A DNA stretch of 64,000 nucleotides. Origin: Thermoleophilia bacterium (GTDB taxonomy: Bacteria > Actinomycetota > Thermoleophilia > RBG-16-64-13). The stretch covers positions 103,077 through 167,076 of the forward strand of contig JAOAGT010000003.1 in assembly GCA_026415615.1 (NCBI GenBank). Direction: 5' to 3'. The notes below the pieces were generated by a model. It was not told the origin of the DNA, made no database searches, and worked only from the letters and a program-made list of their open reading frames with translations. Each line of letters opens with the position of its first letter. The stretch's first letter is position 1. The position numbers and the translations under genes were made by a program. This document shows positions 16,941 through 25,581 of this stretch, piece by piece.

Positions 16941-18512
16941 ATGAAAAGCAAGATGCTGACACAAGCAACTAGGTACAGGGAACATATGCCGCGGCACAAA
17001 GCAAAGCACCGCGGAAGAGCGGGCCTGCGTGGCTTCACGCTCATTGAAGTGCTTATTGCCTCGATGCTCCTCCTGATTGTTATGGCTGGAATAGTCCCGT
17101 TCTTCGTGGGCGGATTGGCGCAGGCGTCTACTGTCCGCTACAAGAGCCTTGCCACCAATATCGCTCGCGAGCGTATGGAACAAATCCGCCAGCTTGATTA
17201 TCGCGAAATAACAGAGAATCCTGCAGAAGGTACTACGCTAAGCGCGCGTTTTGGCACTACCGCGGAGCGTCGCGGCATAAAGTTCAATATCTCGTATAAG
17301 GTAGAGTCCTCCACATACGACACTGGGTTGCTCAAGAAAGTTACGGTCACAGTTTCCTGGACTGCTCCGCCGCGGGTATCCCCAGCGTCGATAACCACCC
17401 TTATCCACCAACAGTTCCTGGGGCCGCGAGGTGCTTACCTTGAGCTGTCGCCAACCCAGTCAGATCCGTTGGGTACTCCGTTTCCACTGATAGCCGGGTC
17501 CAGCACGCGCATTCGCTACCACATAGCTGAAGCAGATTGGGGGCTAGTATTCCGAGACGTGACCAAACCCAGCACAACTGCGAGAGATGTATTTGCGCGC
17601 TTCTTCTTTGTGGGCAGCGATGGTAGGACTATCTTTCTAGGGGACCCCGATGACGAGAACCGCATCGACACCGCTTATTTGCGCTACTCTACCAGCGGAA
17701 GCCAACTAACCGACGTCTGGTTTGAGTACTCGTTCGACACACGGCTTATCCCAGACGGATATTGGGAGCTCCGGGCAGTCGCCTACAACGAATACGAGCA
17801 ACCGGGCAACGTCTGGCGCCTTAGAGTAAGAATCGAGAACGGCGCCCCGGCCGCTCCCACTCAATTCACGGCAGTTGCTCAGCCGGACAATCAAAGCGTA
17901 GTCCTATACTGGCTGGGAGGCCCAGAGTCCGACCGCGACCATTACGTGCTGGAGCGCTCGGTTTGGAATAGCCAAGCCCAACAGTGGACTTCCTGGCAGC
18001 CGGTGGCTCCAAACATCGCCCCTGACACTGTCACATACACCGACCAGGGAAGCGTCGCCTTAAAGGTTCATCCTTGGGGTAGTCAAGAGACAACAAACTG
18101 GTACCTGTATCGCATCTACGCCGTTGACAGGCAGCCTGGCAACATCGGACCCGCTGCCGCGCTAACCCAGCCAGTGGTAATACCTCCCATGACTACCACC
18201 ACGACCACGCAGACAACTACGACAGTCTCCACGACCAGTACCACGACCATCTCCACTACTACGACGACTCTCGCCACTTACTCGGTCAAGGTGCAGAACA
18301 ACGCAAAATCGCACTACCGGGTGGATGTGCGAAACGCTTCGAATGCCCTGGTCTACACTGGCACGGTGAAGAAAGGCCAGACCTTGACCATCTCCGGGCT
18401 ACCGGCAGGGCAGTACAAAATAGACGCCACACCAATCAGTGGCGGATCTATAGTCTCGGCCTCCTTCTCTTTGCCCGCACAGGCCGACCAGATTGTTCTT
18501 ACTTTGCTCTAG
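16941..18512 (+). CDS. PilV-like prepilin-type protein with FN3-like domain, Thr-rich linker and C-terminal beta-sandwich domain (putative pilus-associated adhesin)
   Basis: Class III signal ...RAGLRG|FTLIEVLIASMLLLIVMAGIV. An FN3-type pattern (PAAPTQFTAVAQPDNQSVVLYWLGGPESDRDHYVLERS...W...YTDQG). A T-rich linker (TTTTTQTTTTVSTTSTTTISTTTTT). A roughly 90-aa C-terminal domain. A more likely start is ATG 16986 (MPRHKAKHRG...). Confidence 0.7.
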   Translation: MKSKMLTQATRYREHMPRHKAKHRGRAGLRGFTLIEVLIASMLLLIVMAGIVPFFVGGLAQASTVRYKSLATNIARERMEQIRQLDYREITENPAEGTTLSARFGTTAERRGIKFNISYKVESSTYDTGLLKKVTVTVSWTAPPRVSPASITTLIHQQFLGPRGAYLELSPTQSDPLGTPFPLIAGSSTRIRYHIAEADWGLVFRDVTKPSTTARDVFARFFFVGSDGRTIFLGDPDDENRIDTAYLRYSTSGSQLTDVWFEYSFDTRLIPDGYWELRAVAYNEYEQPGNVWRLRVRIENGAPAAPTQFTAVAQPDNQSVVLYWLGGPESDRDHYVLERSVWNSQAQQWTSWQPVAPNIAPDTVTYTDQGSVALKVHPWGSQETTNWYLYRIYAVDRQPGNIGPAAALTQPVVIPPMTTTTTTQTTTTVSTTSTTTISTTTTTLATYSVKVQNNAKSHYRVDVRNASNALVYTGTVKKGQTLTISGLPAGQYKIDATPISGGSIVSASFSLPAQADQIVLTLL

Positions 18513-19197
18513 GAAAGAGTGGATGGTGGCAAGCGAGATGGCAACTCGGTCGACACGATTTCTAACAACTAGACGCGTTCGACCCGGGAGGGATGCCGCA
18601 GGCTTCACTCTTGTGGAAGCCTTGGTTACGGCCGTGCTGATTGCTGTCGTTTTGCTTGCAATTTTCACCATCTGGTTTGGGCTGCAGCGCACCTACGCTT
18701 TTACAGAAGAGGACATGAAGGCGCAGCAGGAGGCGAGAAATGCTCTCTCGGAGATGGTCGAGCTCATTCGCACAGCTCGACGGCCCAACCCAGCACCTTC
18801 AGAGAATCTGGACTTGGTCATTGTTACAGCAGACAGCAACTCGCTGGTGTTGTGGTCCGACGTGGATCGTGACCCGCAGCATGATCTCGAGTTAGTGCGC
18901 TTTCGCGTGGATTTCCAGTCGCGCACGCTCTACCGCGACGTGAGCCAGACCGGTGATATCACTTTTTCTTCGGGCACATCAGTTCGACTGGTGAGTAGTT
19001 GGGTGACCAACGACGAAACTCTGCCGCTTTTTACGTACATTGACTCGAAGGGGATCACATTGCCTACCCCGGTGCCGGATCCTGTAGCCATTCGGCAAGT
19101 AGTGATTGACCTGCGTATAGACGTGGAGGTCGGCAAATCGCCGATTGCACACGAGCTTCGCTCCACAGTACAACCCCGAAATCTGCGCCAGTACTAG
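18493..19197 (+). CDS. PilW-like prepilin-type minor pilin
   Basis: ...RDAAG|FTLVEALVTAVLIAVVLLAIFTIW with Glu at +5. It overlaps the end of the upstream gene by 20 nt, suggesting translational coupling. Confidence 0.65.
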   Translation: MFLLCSRKEWMVASEMATRSTRFLTTRRVRPGRDAAGFTLVEALVTAVLIAVVLLAIFTIWFGLQRTYAFTEEDMKAQQEARNALSEMVELIRTARRPNPAPSENLDLVIVTADSNSLVLWSDVDRDPQHDLELVRFRVDFQSRTLYRDVSQTGDITFSSGTSVRLVSSWVTNDETLPLFTYIDSKGITLPTPVPDPVAIRQVVIDLRIDVEVGKSPIAHELRSTVQPRNLRQY

Positions 19198-19218
19198 AAG
19201 CCGGAGGAGGGATGGCTC

Positions 19219-20436
19219 ATGACTGCCAGGAAGACCGTCCAAGCAGTGACCTGTATTCGGGAGAGATTAGCTAGAGAGTCCGGAGTGGTCCTCATAGTTG
19301 TGATGGCCTTTGTGGCGGTGTTCGCAGCTACGGGCGCCGGACTCTACTGGCTGGTGTCTTCGCAAACTAACGCCACTGAGCTTGAACGCACAGATGTCAA
19401 GGCTTTCAATGTCGCAGAAGCAGGCATAGATGCTGGCATGCTTGCCCTTAAGCTGAACTGGCCTGACGCTCCCGATAAGGTAGCCGCCGTTGACAATGAC
19501 ATTCTAAAGACTGTCATTCAGCAAAACAGCCCTGGCTTGTGGGACCCAAAACGGTCTAACCCGAGCGAGTTTATCCAGGTGGAGATATACGACAATGTCG
19601 ACGCCTCGGGCAATACCACAAGCGTTGCGAATCCAGACCCGTCCACACGCGTTTATTGGGATTCGAACAAGGACGGCCTGATGTTTGTCGACTCTACCGC
19701 TAACGTCGACGATGACCGGCACCGCATTCTGATCCTGGCCCAGCGACAGTACTGGGATCTTACCTTCCCCGTGGGTCTAGCCCTATGGTCAGGAGTTGTG
19801 GACAGCAACGGACAAGGCTTGTACGTAACTGTAGAGGATCCAAACCCTGCCCCATATGTTCCATATGCTTTTTACGATGTACACGACGCTCAAGGCAAGA
19901 AGATAAGTGCAGGGTACGCGGTTGCCCCAGCTCCTTCAGCATCTTCATTCAATGAGGTATTCCCGGAGTCACTGCGAGCCGCGCTGGAAGCCATCGCCCG
20001 AGAGCAGGGCACCTATTTCACTAGCGACACTCAGGCAAGTGCCTTCCTTGCCTCGGGCCAAGCTGGTGGAAAGGTCGTGTACATCAAGTCAAACTCAGCT
20101 GTAACCATAAGCGGCGACAAGCGGGTGGGAAGCAAAGATTCACCCGTGGTGGTAATAATTGACACGCCCGACAACTCAGAAAATGTCTGGGACTTTCGAG
20201 GAACAGCTGATTTCTACGGCGTCCTCGTTACGATCGGAAACAGCACCCTACGAGGAACTTCCGGCATACACGGAGCCCTCTACTGCTCGGGTACGTTGCT
20301 CAACAAGGGCACTGGCTCTAGCGGCGAGATTAATTACAACCAGACCTGCATCCAAAACATAAACAGGCAGTACACCATCAGCGTAAACATCGTTCCCAAC
20401 ACCTGGGAGGAGTATACGCTGCCCCGCTCGCAGTAG
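19219..20436 (+). CDS. PilX N-terminal-domain protein (putative pilus tip / minor pilin)
   Basis: The N-terminus ESGVVLIVVMAFVAVFAATGAGLYWL...KAFNVAEAGIDAGMLAL matches the PilX_N pattern (hydrophobic helix followed by AF..AEAG). 405 aa. Confidence 0.6.
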   Translation: MTARKTVQAVTCIRERLARESGVVLIVVMAFVAVFAATGAGLYWLVSSQTNATELERTDVKAFNVAEAGIDAGMLALKLNWPDAPDKVAAVDNDILKTVIQQNSPGLWDPKRSNPSEFIQVEIYDNVDASGNTTSVANPDPSTRVYWDSNKDGLMFVDSTANVDDDRHRILILAQRQYWDLTFPVGLALWSGVVDSNGQGLYVTVEDPNPAPYVPYAFYDVHDAQGKKISAGYAVAPAPSASSFNEVFPESLRAALEAIAREQGTYFTSDTQASAFLASGQAGGKVVYIKSNSAVTISGDKRVGSKDSPVVVIIDTPDNSENVWDFRGTADFYGVLVTIGNSTLRGTSGIHGALYCSGTLLNKGTGSSGEINYNQTCIQNINRQYTISVNIVPNTWEEYTLPRSQ

Positions 20437-20439
20437 GTT

Positions 20440-20868
20440 CTAAAGCCCGCTGCTCCCGAAACCCGCTTCTCCGCGGAGAGAACCAGGCAGGTCCTGCGCC
20501 GGCACGTACTCCGCTTCCGGCACCCGCTGGATCATAAGCTGAGCGATCCGGTCGCCTTTGTGTACCACGAAGGGCTCAGAGCCGGAGTTATACAGGATCA
20601 CCCTTACCTCGCCGCGGTAATTGCTGTCAATCAGCCCAGGGGAATTCACTAGCATTAGTCCGTGATGCAAAGCTAGACCGGACCGCGGCAATACCAGTCC
20701 TGCGTACCCATCGGGAATGGCAAGAGCAAGGCCCGTGCCCACATCGCGTCTTTCCCCAGGCTGTATCACTGCCTCTTCTACGGAGAACAAATCAGCCCCC
20801 GCATCTCCCGGGTGCGCCTGCCTCGGAAGTCGCGCCTCTGGGTGTAAGAACTTGACGGCTATTTGCAT
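20440..20868 (-). CDS. dut: dUTP diphosphatase
   Basis: Motifs AGADL, RSGLAL, GLIDSNYRGEV, and a C-terminal GFGSSG. Confidence 0.9.
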   Translation of the reverse strand: MQIAVKFLHPEARLPRQAHPGDAGADLFSVEEAVIQPGERRDVGTGLALAIPDGYAGLVLPRSGLALHHGLMLVNSPGLIDSNYRGEVRVILYNSGSEPFVVHKGDRIAQLMIQRVPEAEYVPAQDLPGSLRGEAGFGSSGL

Positions 20869-20941
20869 CTTGCCACTCCCGGAACTCAGTACCTATTTAC
20901 CGCGACAGCACCAACTGAGGTCGTTGGCCCTTCCAGCTGTT

Positions 20942-22105
20942 CTACAGCCGCAAAGATTCGCGGATGCGCCGCACCGCCTCAGAGATCAAATGATCTGGAG
21001 TGGTCAACGACAGGCGCACAAACCCCTCGCCTGCGGGTCCATACCCACGCCCAGGGGTTACGACCACTGCTGCTTGCTCCAAAACATGCTCGCTAAAACT
21101 AGCGGAGGTGTAGCCTTCGGGTACTGGCACCCACATGTAGACTGTGGCCTTTGGCTTTGGTACCCGCATGCCCACTGCTTCAAGGGCTTCCGCCAGAAGA
21201 TCACGGCGACGGCGGTAGATCGCGCACATCTCGTGCACAAAATCCCATGGACCATTGAGAATAAATGCCGCCGTACGCTGCAGCGCATCGAACATGCCGG
21301 AGTCCATGTTGGTCTTCAAACGCCAGAGATGTTCCAGGATCTCATGATTTCCCACCGCAAATCCGATACGCCAACCAGTCATGTTGAACGGTTTTGAAAA
21401 ACTGAAGAACTCGACACCAACATCTTTGGCACCTGGGGTAGCAAGAAAGCTTGGAGCTACATAGCCGTCAAACGTGAGTTCGGAGTACGCGTTGTCATGA
21501 ACCACGGCGATGTCGTACTTCTTCGCGAAAGCTACAACCTTCTCAAAGAATCCCTCTCGCACCACCGCTGTCGTAGGATTGTTCGGATAGCTGATAAACA
21601 GAACCTTGGCCCGTCGTGCCTCTTCTTCGGTAACTTCGTCAAGATCAGGGAGAAAGTCGTTTTCGGGGCGCAAGGTAAGATACTTGACTTGGGCGCCCGC
21701 TATCACCGAACCCGCAGCGTACACCGGGTAGCCAGGGTCAGGGACCAGAGCGAGATCTCCCGGGTCAAGCAGAGCTAGACATATGTGTGCCAGCCCTTCT
21801 TTAGCCCCTAGCAAGGGAAAGAACTCGCGCTCGGGGTCAATTTCCACTCCAAACCTGCGTTGATAGAAGGCCGCAGCCGCACGAGCAAACTCAGGTAGCC
21901 CAGCATTAGAGGGGTAGCGGTGATTCCGCGGATCAGCCACTTGCCGCTGCATCTCCTCGACTATGTAAGCTGGAGTGGGAAGGTCAGGGTCCCCAATGCC
22001 GAGACTTATTACCTCCACCCCAGCTTTGCGTTTCTCTTGAATCTTGCGCTCGATCTCAGCAAACAAGTAGGGAGCAACCCCGTCCATCCGGCGGGAAAAA
22101 CGCAC
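20942..22105 (-). CDS. dapL: LL-diaminopimelate aminotransferase-like class I aminotransferase (DapL family)
   Basis: The N-terminal APYLFAEIERK...ISLGIGDPDLPTP aligns with DapL (YLFPEIARR...IRLGIGDVTEPLP). The PLP-lysine region is SFSKPFNMTGWRIG. It is adjacent to dapF. Confidence 0.6.
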   Translation of the reverse strand: MRFSRRMDGVAPYLFAEIERKIQEKRKAGVEVISLGIGDPDLPTPAYIVEEMQRQVADPRNHRYPSNAGLPEFARAAAAFYQRRFGVEIDPEREFFPLLGAKEGLAHICLALLDPGDLALVPDPGYPVYAAGSVIAGAQVKYLTLRPENDFLPDLDEVTEEEARRAKVLFISYPNNPTTAVVREGFFEKVVAFAKKYDIAVVHDNAYSELTFDGYVAPSFLATPGAKDVGVEFFSFSKPFNMTGWRIGFAVGNHEILEHLWRLKTNMDSGMFDALQRTAAFILNGPWDFVHEMCAIYRRRRDLLAEALEAVGMRVPKPKATVYMWVPVPEGYTSASFSEHVLEQAAVVVTPGRGYGPAGEGFVRLSLTTPDHLISEAVRRIRESLRL

Positions 22106-22191
22106 GTTAACCTCCTTCCTCGTTTTCTTGGGGGCTGTTCCTCGTCTTTGGACTCGCTAGTTACCCCTCGAGCTGGCCGCCCCATAAGGCC

Positions 22192-23097
22192 CTAAATGTC
22201 AGCGCGCCCGTCAAGCCACCACCCCAAATTCGCAAGCAGCTCGGGGGACAATTCTGCTGTAAAGACCTCCTGAGCGGGCCCGGTCATGAACACGCGGTAA
22301 CTTGAGACGTCGCCACCGTCGTGCGAATCGGTCGGGTACACCTCAATGAGAAGATCTCCGCCCGGAAGACAGACAGTCATCGGGCTTTCTCCCACCCCGC
22401 GTCGTACACACGCAGCAGCTACTGCTGTCGCTCCTGTCCCGCAGGCCTGAGTCTCCCCTGCTCCGCGTTCCCAGACTCTCACGCGAGCAGTCGTAGTATC
22501 CTCTAGCTGGACAAACTCTACGTTTGTCCGGTTGGGAAAGAACTCGTGGTGCTCAATAGCAGGGCCCACCGCGCTGAGATCCACCTGGTTGGGGTCATCT
22601 ACAAAGATGACACAGTGCGGATTGCCCACATCCACGAAGGTAAACTGGTAACGCCTCGCCGGGATCTCAAGTAGTCGGTCAACTACGTCCCCGAATCCGT
22701 CCACTGCCACGTTGTCGCTCCGGAACCGCGCCCAGCCCATATCAACGCGCACCCCTCCGTCGGGCTTGATCTCGACTTCGATAGGGCCAGCGAGAGTCTC
22801 AATAGTAAATCGGGCCGTCTTCACCACGCTGCGGCGCTCGAGATACCGGGCAAACATCCGGACCCCGTTACCACACATCTCAGCTTCACTACCATCAGGG
22901 TTGAGCACACGCATCCGGGCAACTGCTTCAGAGACTGCTCCAGTTGGCGGGCAAAACACCAGAATTCCGTCTGAGCCTATGCCGCGGTGGCGGTCACAAA
23001 GGAGAGCGATAGCCTCAGCAGTCAAAGGGGCGGGAAGCTCGCTCTCCTCCACAATAATGTAGTCATTGCCTAGTCCCTGCCACTTGGCCACCCTCAC
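22192..23097 (-). CDS. dapF: Diaminopimelate epimerase
   Basis: KWQGLGNDYIIV, and the two catalytic Cys motifs (EAEMCGNG, ACGTGA). Confidence 0.85.
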   Translation of the reverse strand: MRVAKWQGLGNDYIIVEESELPAPLTAEAIALLCDRHRGIGSDGILVFCPPTGAVSEAVARMRVLNPDGSEAEMCGNGVRMFARYLERRSVVKTARFTIETLAGPIEVEIKPDGGVRVDMGWARFRSDNVAVDGFGDVVDRLLEIPARRYQFTFVDVGNPHCVIFVDDPNQVDLSAVGPAIEHHEFFPNRTNVEFVQLEDTTTARVRVWERGAGETQACGTGATAVAAACVRRGVGESPMTVCLPGGDLLIEVYPTDSHDGGDVSSYRVFMTGPAQEVFTAELSPELLANLGWWLDGRADI

Positions 23098-23100
23098 CTC

Positions 23101-24051
23101 TCAAGCTCCTTCCGCTGGACGCAAATCTGCGATCATCGCTGCCACTTCCGCCGGGGCCTTTCCCGTGACGTCAATGATAACAGCGCCCTTGACCTTCCGA
23201 AGCCATGTCCACTGGCGCCTAGCATACTTGCGGGTGGCAGAAGCGACGTTGGCGATTGTCTGGTCAAGAGTCTGAGACCCTTCAAGATAGCGGACGATGT
23301 CCTCGTAGCCGATGGCACTACAGATACCCGGCCTACCAGGCCTTGTATCGTTCTCGCCGTACTCTCTGCGAAATCGCGCCACCTCTTCCACACCGCCCTC
23401 AAGCACAATTCGCGCCGCTCGTGCGTTGATGCGCTCATAGAGCGCCCCTCTTTCGTGCACCAGACCCACGATCACCGAAGGGTAGTAGTAGTCAGGGGAC
23501 CAGAGATCCGAGCGTCCGGACCACTTTTGCCCCGTAAGGTAAATAGCCTCAAGAGCGCGGATTACACGCCTTAGATTGCGAGGGTCAATTCTTTCCGCAG
23601 CTTCCGGATCAAGAGCTGCGAGCTCTGCGTGAAGAACAGCCGGCCCCTCCACCGCGGCTCGCGCTTCGAGATGCTGACGCAGCGCGGGGTCCCCTTGGGT
23701 ATGTACGGCAAGCGGAGCCAGAGCAGCCCGCATGTATAGGCCTGTGCCCCCCACCACCAAAGCTCGTCCGCACCGGCTCAGATCCTCCCTGATCAGGGGT
23801 CGCGCCACTTCGGCATACTCAGCTGCCGAAAACGCGAGTCGGGGGTCAACAAACCCCACCAACTCATGCCGGGCAGCTGTACGCTCCTCAGCAGTGGGCT
23901 GGTTAGTGAGAACGGGAAAACCGCGGTAAACCTGCATAGAGTCGCAGGAAATAATGCGTACGCCCAGCAGACGGGCAAGTTCGATAGCCACAGATGTCTT
24001 GCCCACTCCTGTGGGGCCAAGAATGCCTATGACTAGCGGTGGTTTGGACAA
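23101..24051 (-). CDS. miaA: tRNA dimethylallyltransferase
   Basis: IGILGPTGVGKTSVAIELA; IISCDSMQVYRGFPVLTNQPT. Confidence 0.9.
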   Translation of the reverse strand: MSKPPLVIGILGPTGVGKTSVAIELARLLGVRIISCDSMQVYRGFPVLTNQPTAEERTAARHELVGFVDPRLAFSAAEYAEVARPLIREDLSRCGRALVVGGTGLYMRAALAPLAVHTQGDPALRQHLEARAAVEGPAVLHAELAALDPEAAERIDPRNLRRVIRALEAIYLTGQKWSGRSDLWSPDYYYPSVIVGLVHERGALYERINARAARIVLEGGVEEVARFRREYGENDTRPGRPGICSAIGYEDIVRYLEGSQTLDQTIANVASATRKYARRQWTWLRKVKGAVIIDVTGKAPAEVAAMIADLRPAEGA

Positions 24052-24098
24052 GTGAAGCTACGCACCTCGAAAACCTAACTGTTAATAGAAGGTCCTCG

Positions 24099-25517
24099 CT
24101 ACCTCTCTCCCTGCGGCCCCTCCCGACCCACAACCTCAACCTGTCGGCCTCGGAAGCTGGCAGAGGTCGCCTCGAGAAGCTCCACCATTACTAGATCGCC
24201 CGGCTGGGAATTAGAGGCAAAGTTCACCGGCTTATAAGTCCGCGTACGCCCCATTACCTCCCGGGAACACTGGCGGCTAGGCCCCTCTACCATCACCTCG
24301 ACCACCTGACCGACGAGAGCCTCGTTCCGCCGCCTGGCTGTACGCTGCACCAGCTCCACTAACCGCTGCATTCGTTCTTGCGCCACCACACGCGGGACAC
24401 GGTTGGGTAGGTTAGCGGCGGCCGTATGCGGTCTAGGAGAGTAGATAAAGGTGAACGCGCCGTCAAATTCACACTCCTCAACCAAAGTCAGGGTCTGGCC
24501 AAAATCCTCGTCGGTCTCTCCCGGGAAGCCCACTATCAGATCAGTCGTGATAGCTACTCCCGGAACTGCCGCTCGCACCTTTTTCACTAGCTCTATGTAG
24601 GATGCACGATCATAACCCCGGCGCATTGCTGCCAAAACGCTGTCGCTCCCCGATTGAGCAGGAAGGTGCAAGTGCTCACATACCTGGTTGGGTTCTGCCA
24701 TGACCGCAATGAGTTCGTCTGAAACATCTTTTGGATGAGAGGTCATGAAGCGGATGCGTTCAAGACCCGTAATCCGGCAGGCCTCGCGAAGAAGGTCAGC
24801 AAACGTGGCACTGCCGGCAAACCCTGGTTCTTTGCCATAAGCGTTCACGTTCTGGCCTAGGAACACGACTTCCTTTACCCCTTGCTTAACCAGATCCCTG
24901 ACCTCGGTCAGAATCTCCTCCAAAGGCCGAGACGCCTCCGGACCTCTCACGTAGGGCACGATACAGTACGAGCAGAAATTGGTACATCCAGCTGTTATCT
25001 GCACCCAAGCCGACGGCCCTTCTACCCTCGACCGCGGCAGATCAGCGCTCCACCGGGTTGTAAACTCCTGGAAGGCTCCTACAGGCCGTCCCTCCCGCTC
25101 GCGCCGCTCAAGAAGTGTAGGCAGTTCGTGCAGGCTCTGCGGTCCTACAAGAACATCGACAAAAGGAAAGTCCTCCAGGAGAAGCTCCCGACGACTTTGT
25201 GCAAGGCAACCCGCCACCACCACAAGCCGGCTGGGATCAATTGTCTTCAGGCGGCTGGCGGCCTCTAGGTGGGCCGCCAGCCGCCGGTCAGCTTTCTCCC
25301 GGATCGAGCAGGTGTTAAACACAATCACCGAGGCGTCCTCGGGCCGAGTTACTCGAACTAGTCCTTGCTGCTCAAGAACACCAGCGATGCGTTCCGAGTC
25401 GTGATCGTTCATCTGGCAGCCGAATGTGCGCAGGTAGTAGGTACGCGCTCCTGACTCTGCCAGGCCGCGGCCACGAGATTGAGAGGATGCAGAGGTGGAA
25501 ACACTGGCACGTCTCAT
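24099..25517 (-). CDS. miaB: tRNA-i6A37 methylthiotransferase
   Basis: YYLRTFGCQMNDHDSE (MTTase N-terminal domain), radical-SAM CTNFCSYC, and a C-terminal TRAM domain. It is adjacent to miaA. Confidence 0.9.
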   Translation of the reverse strand: MRRASVSTSASSQSRGRGLAESGARTYYLRTFGCQMNDHDSERIAGVLEQQGLVRVTRPEDASVIVFNTCSIREKADRRLAAHLEAASRLKTIDPSRLVVVAGCLAQSRRELLLEDFPFVDVLVGPQSLHELPTLLERREREGRPVGAFQEFTTRWSADLPRSRVEGPSAWVQITAGCTNFCSYCIVPYVRGPEASRPLEEILTEVRDLVKQGVKEVVFLGQNVNAYGKEPGFAGSATFADLLREACRITGLERIRFMTSHPKDVSDELIAVMAEPNQVCEHLHLPAQSGSDSVLAAMRRGYDRASYIELVKKVRAAVPGVAITTDLIVGFPGETDEDFGQTLTLVEECEFDGAFTFIYSPRPHTAAANLPNRVPRVVAQERMQRLVELVQRTARRRNEALVGQVVEVMVEGPSRQCSREVMGRTRTYKPVNFASNSQPGDLVMVELLEATSASFRGRQVEVVGREGPQGER

Positions 25518-25581
25518 GACCGATTTACTAGCCCACTGGACCTACAGGGCGCCAAGGCGAGCCTCGGCCGTCGCCGCAGTT

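Noticed and set aside
16858-16985. c-di-GMP riboswitch in pilin 5' UTRs (as upstream of Clostridioides pilA1)
   Set aside because: No GCAAAGC / GGGACGCAAAGCC-type conserved cores or paired GNRA-receptor hairpins are visible. The leaders are short and unstructured.
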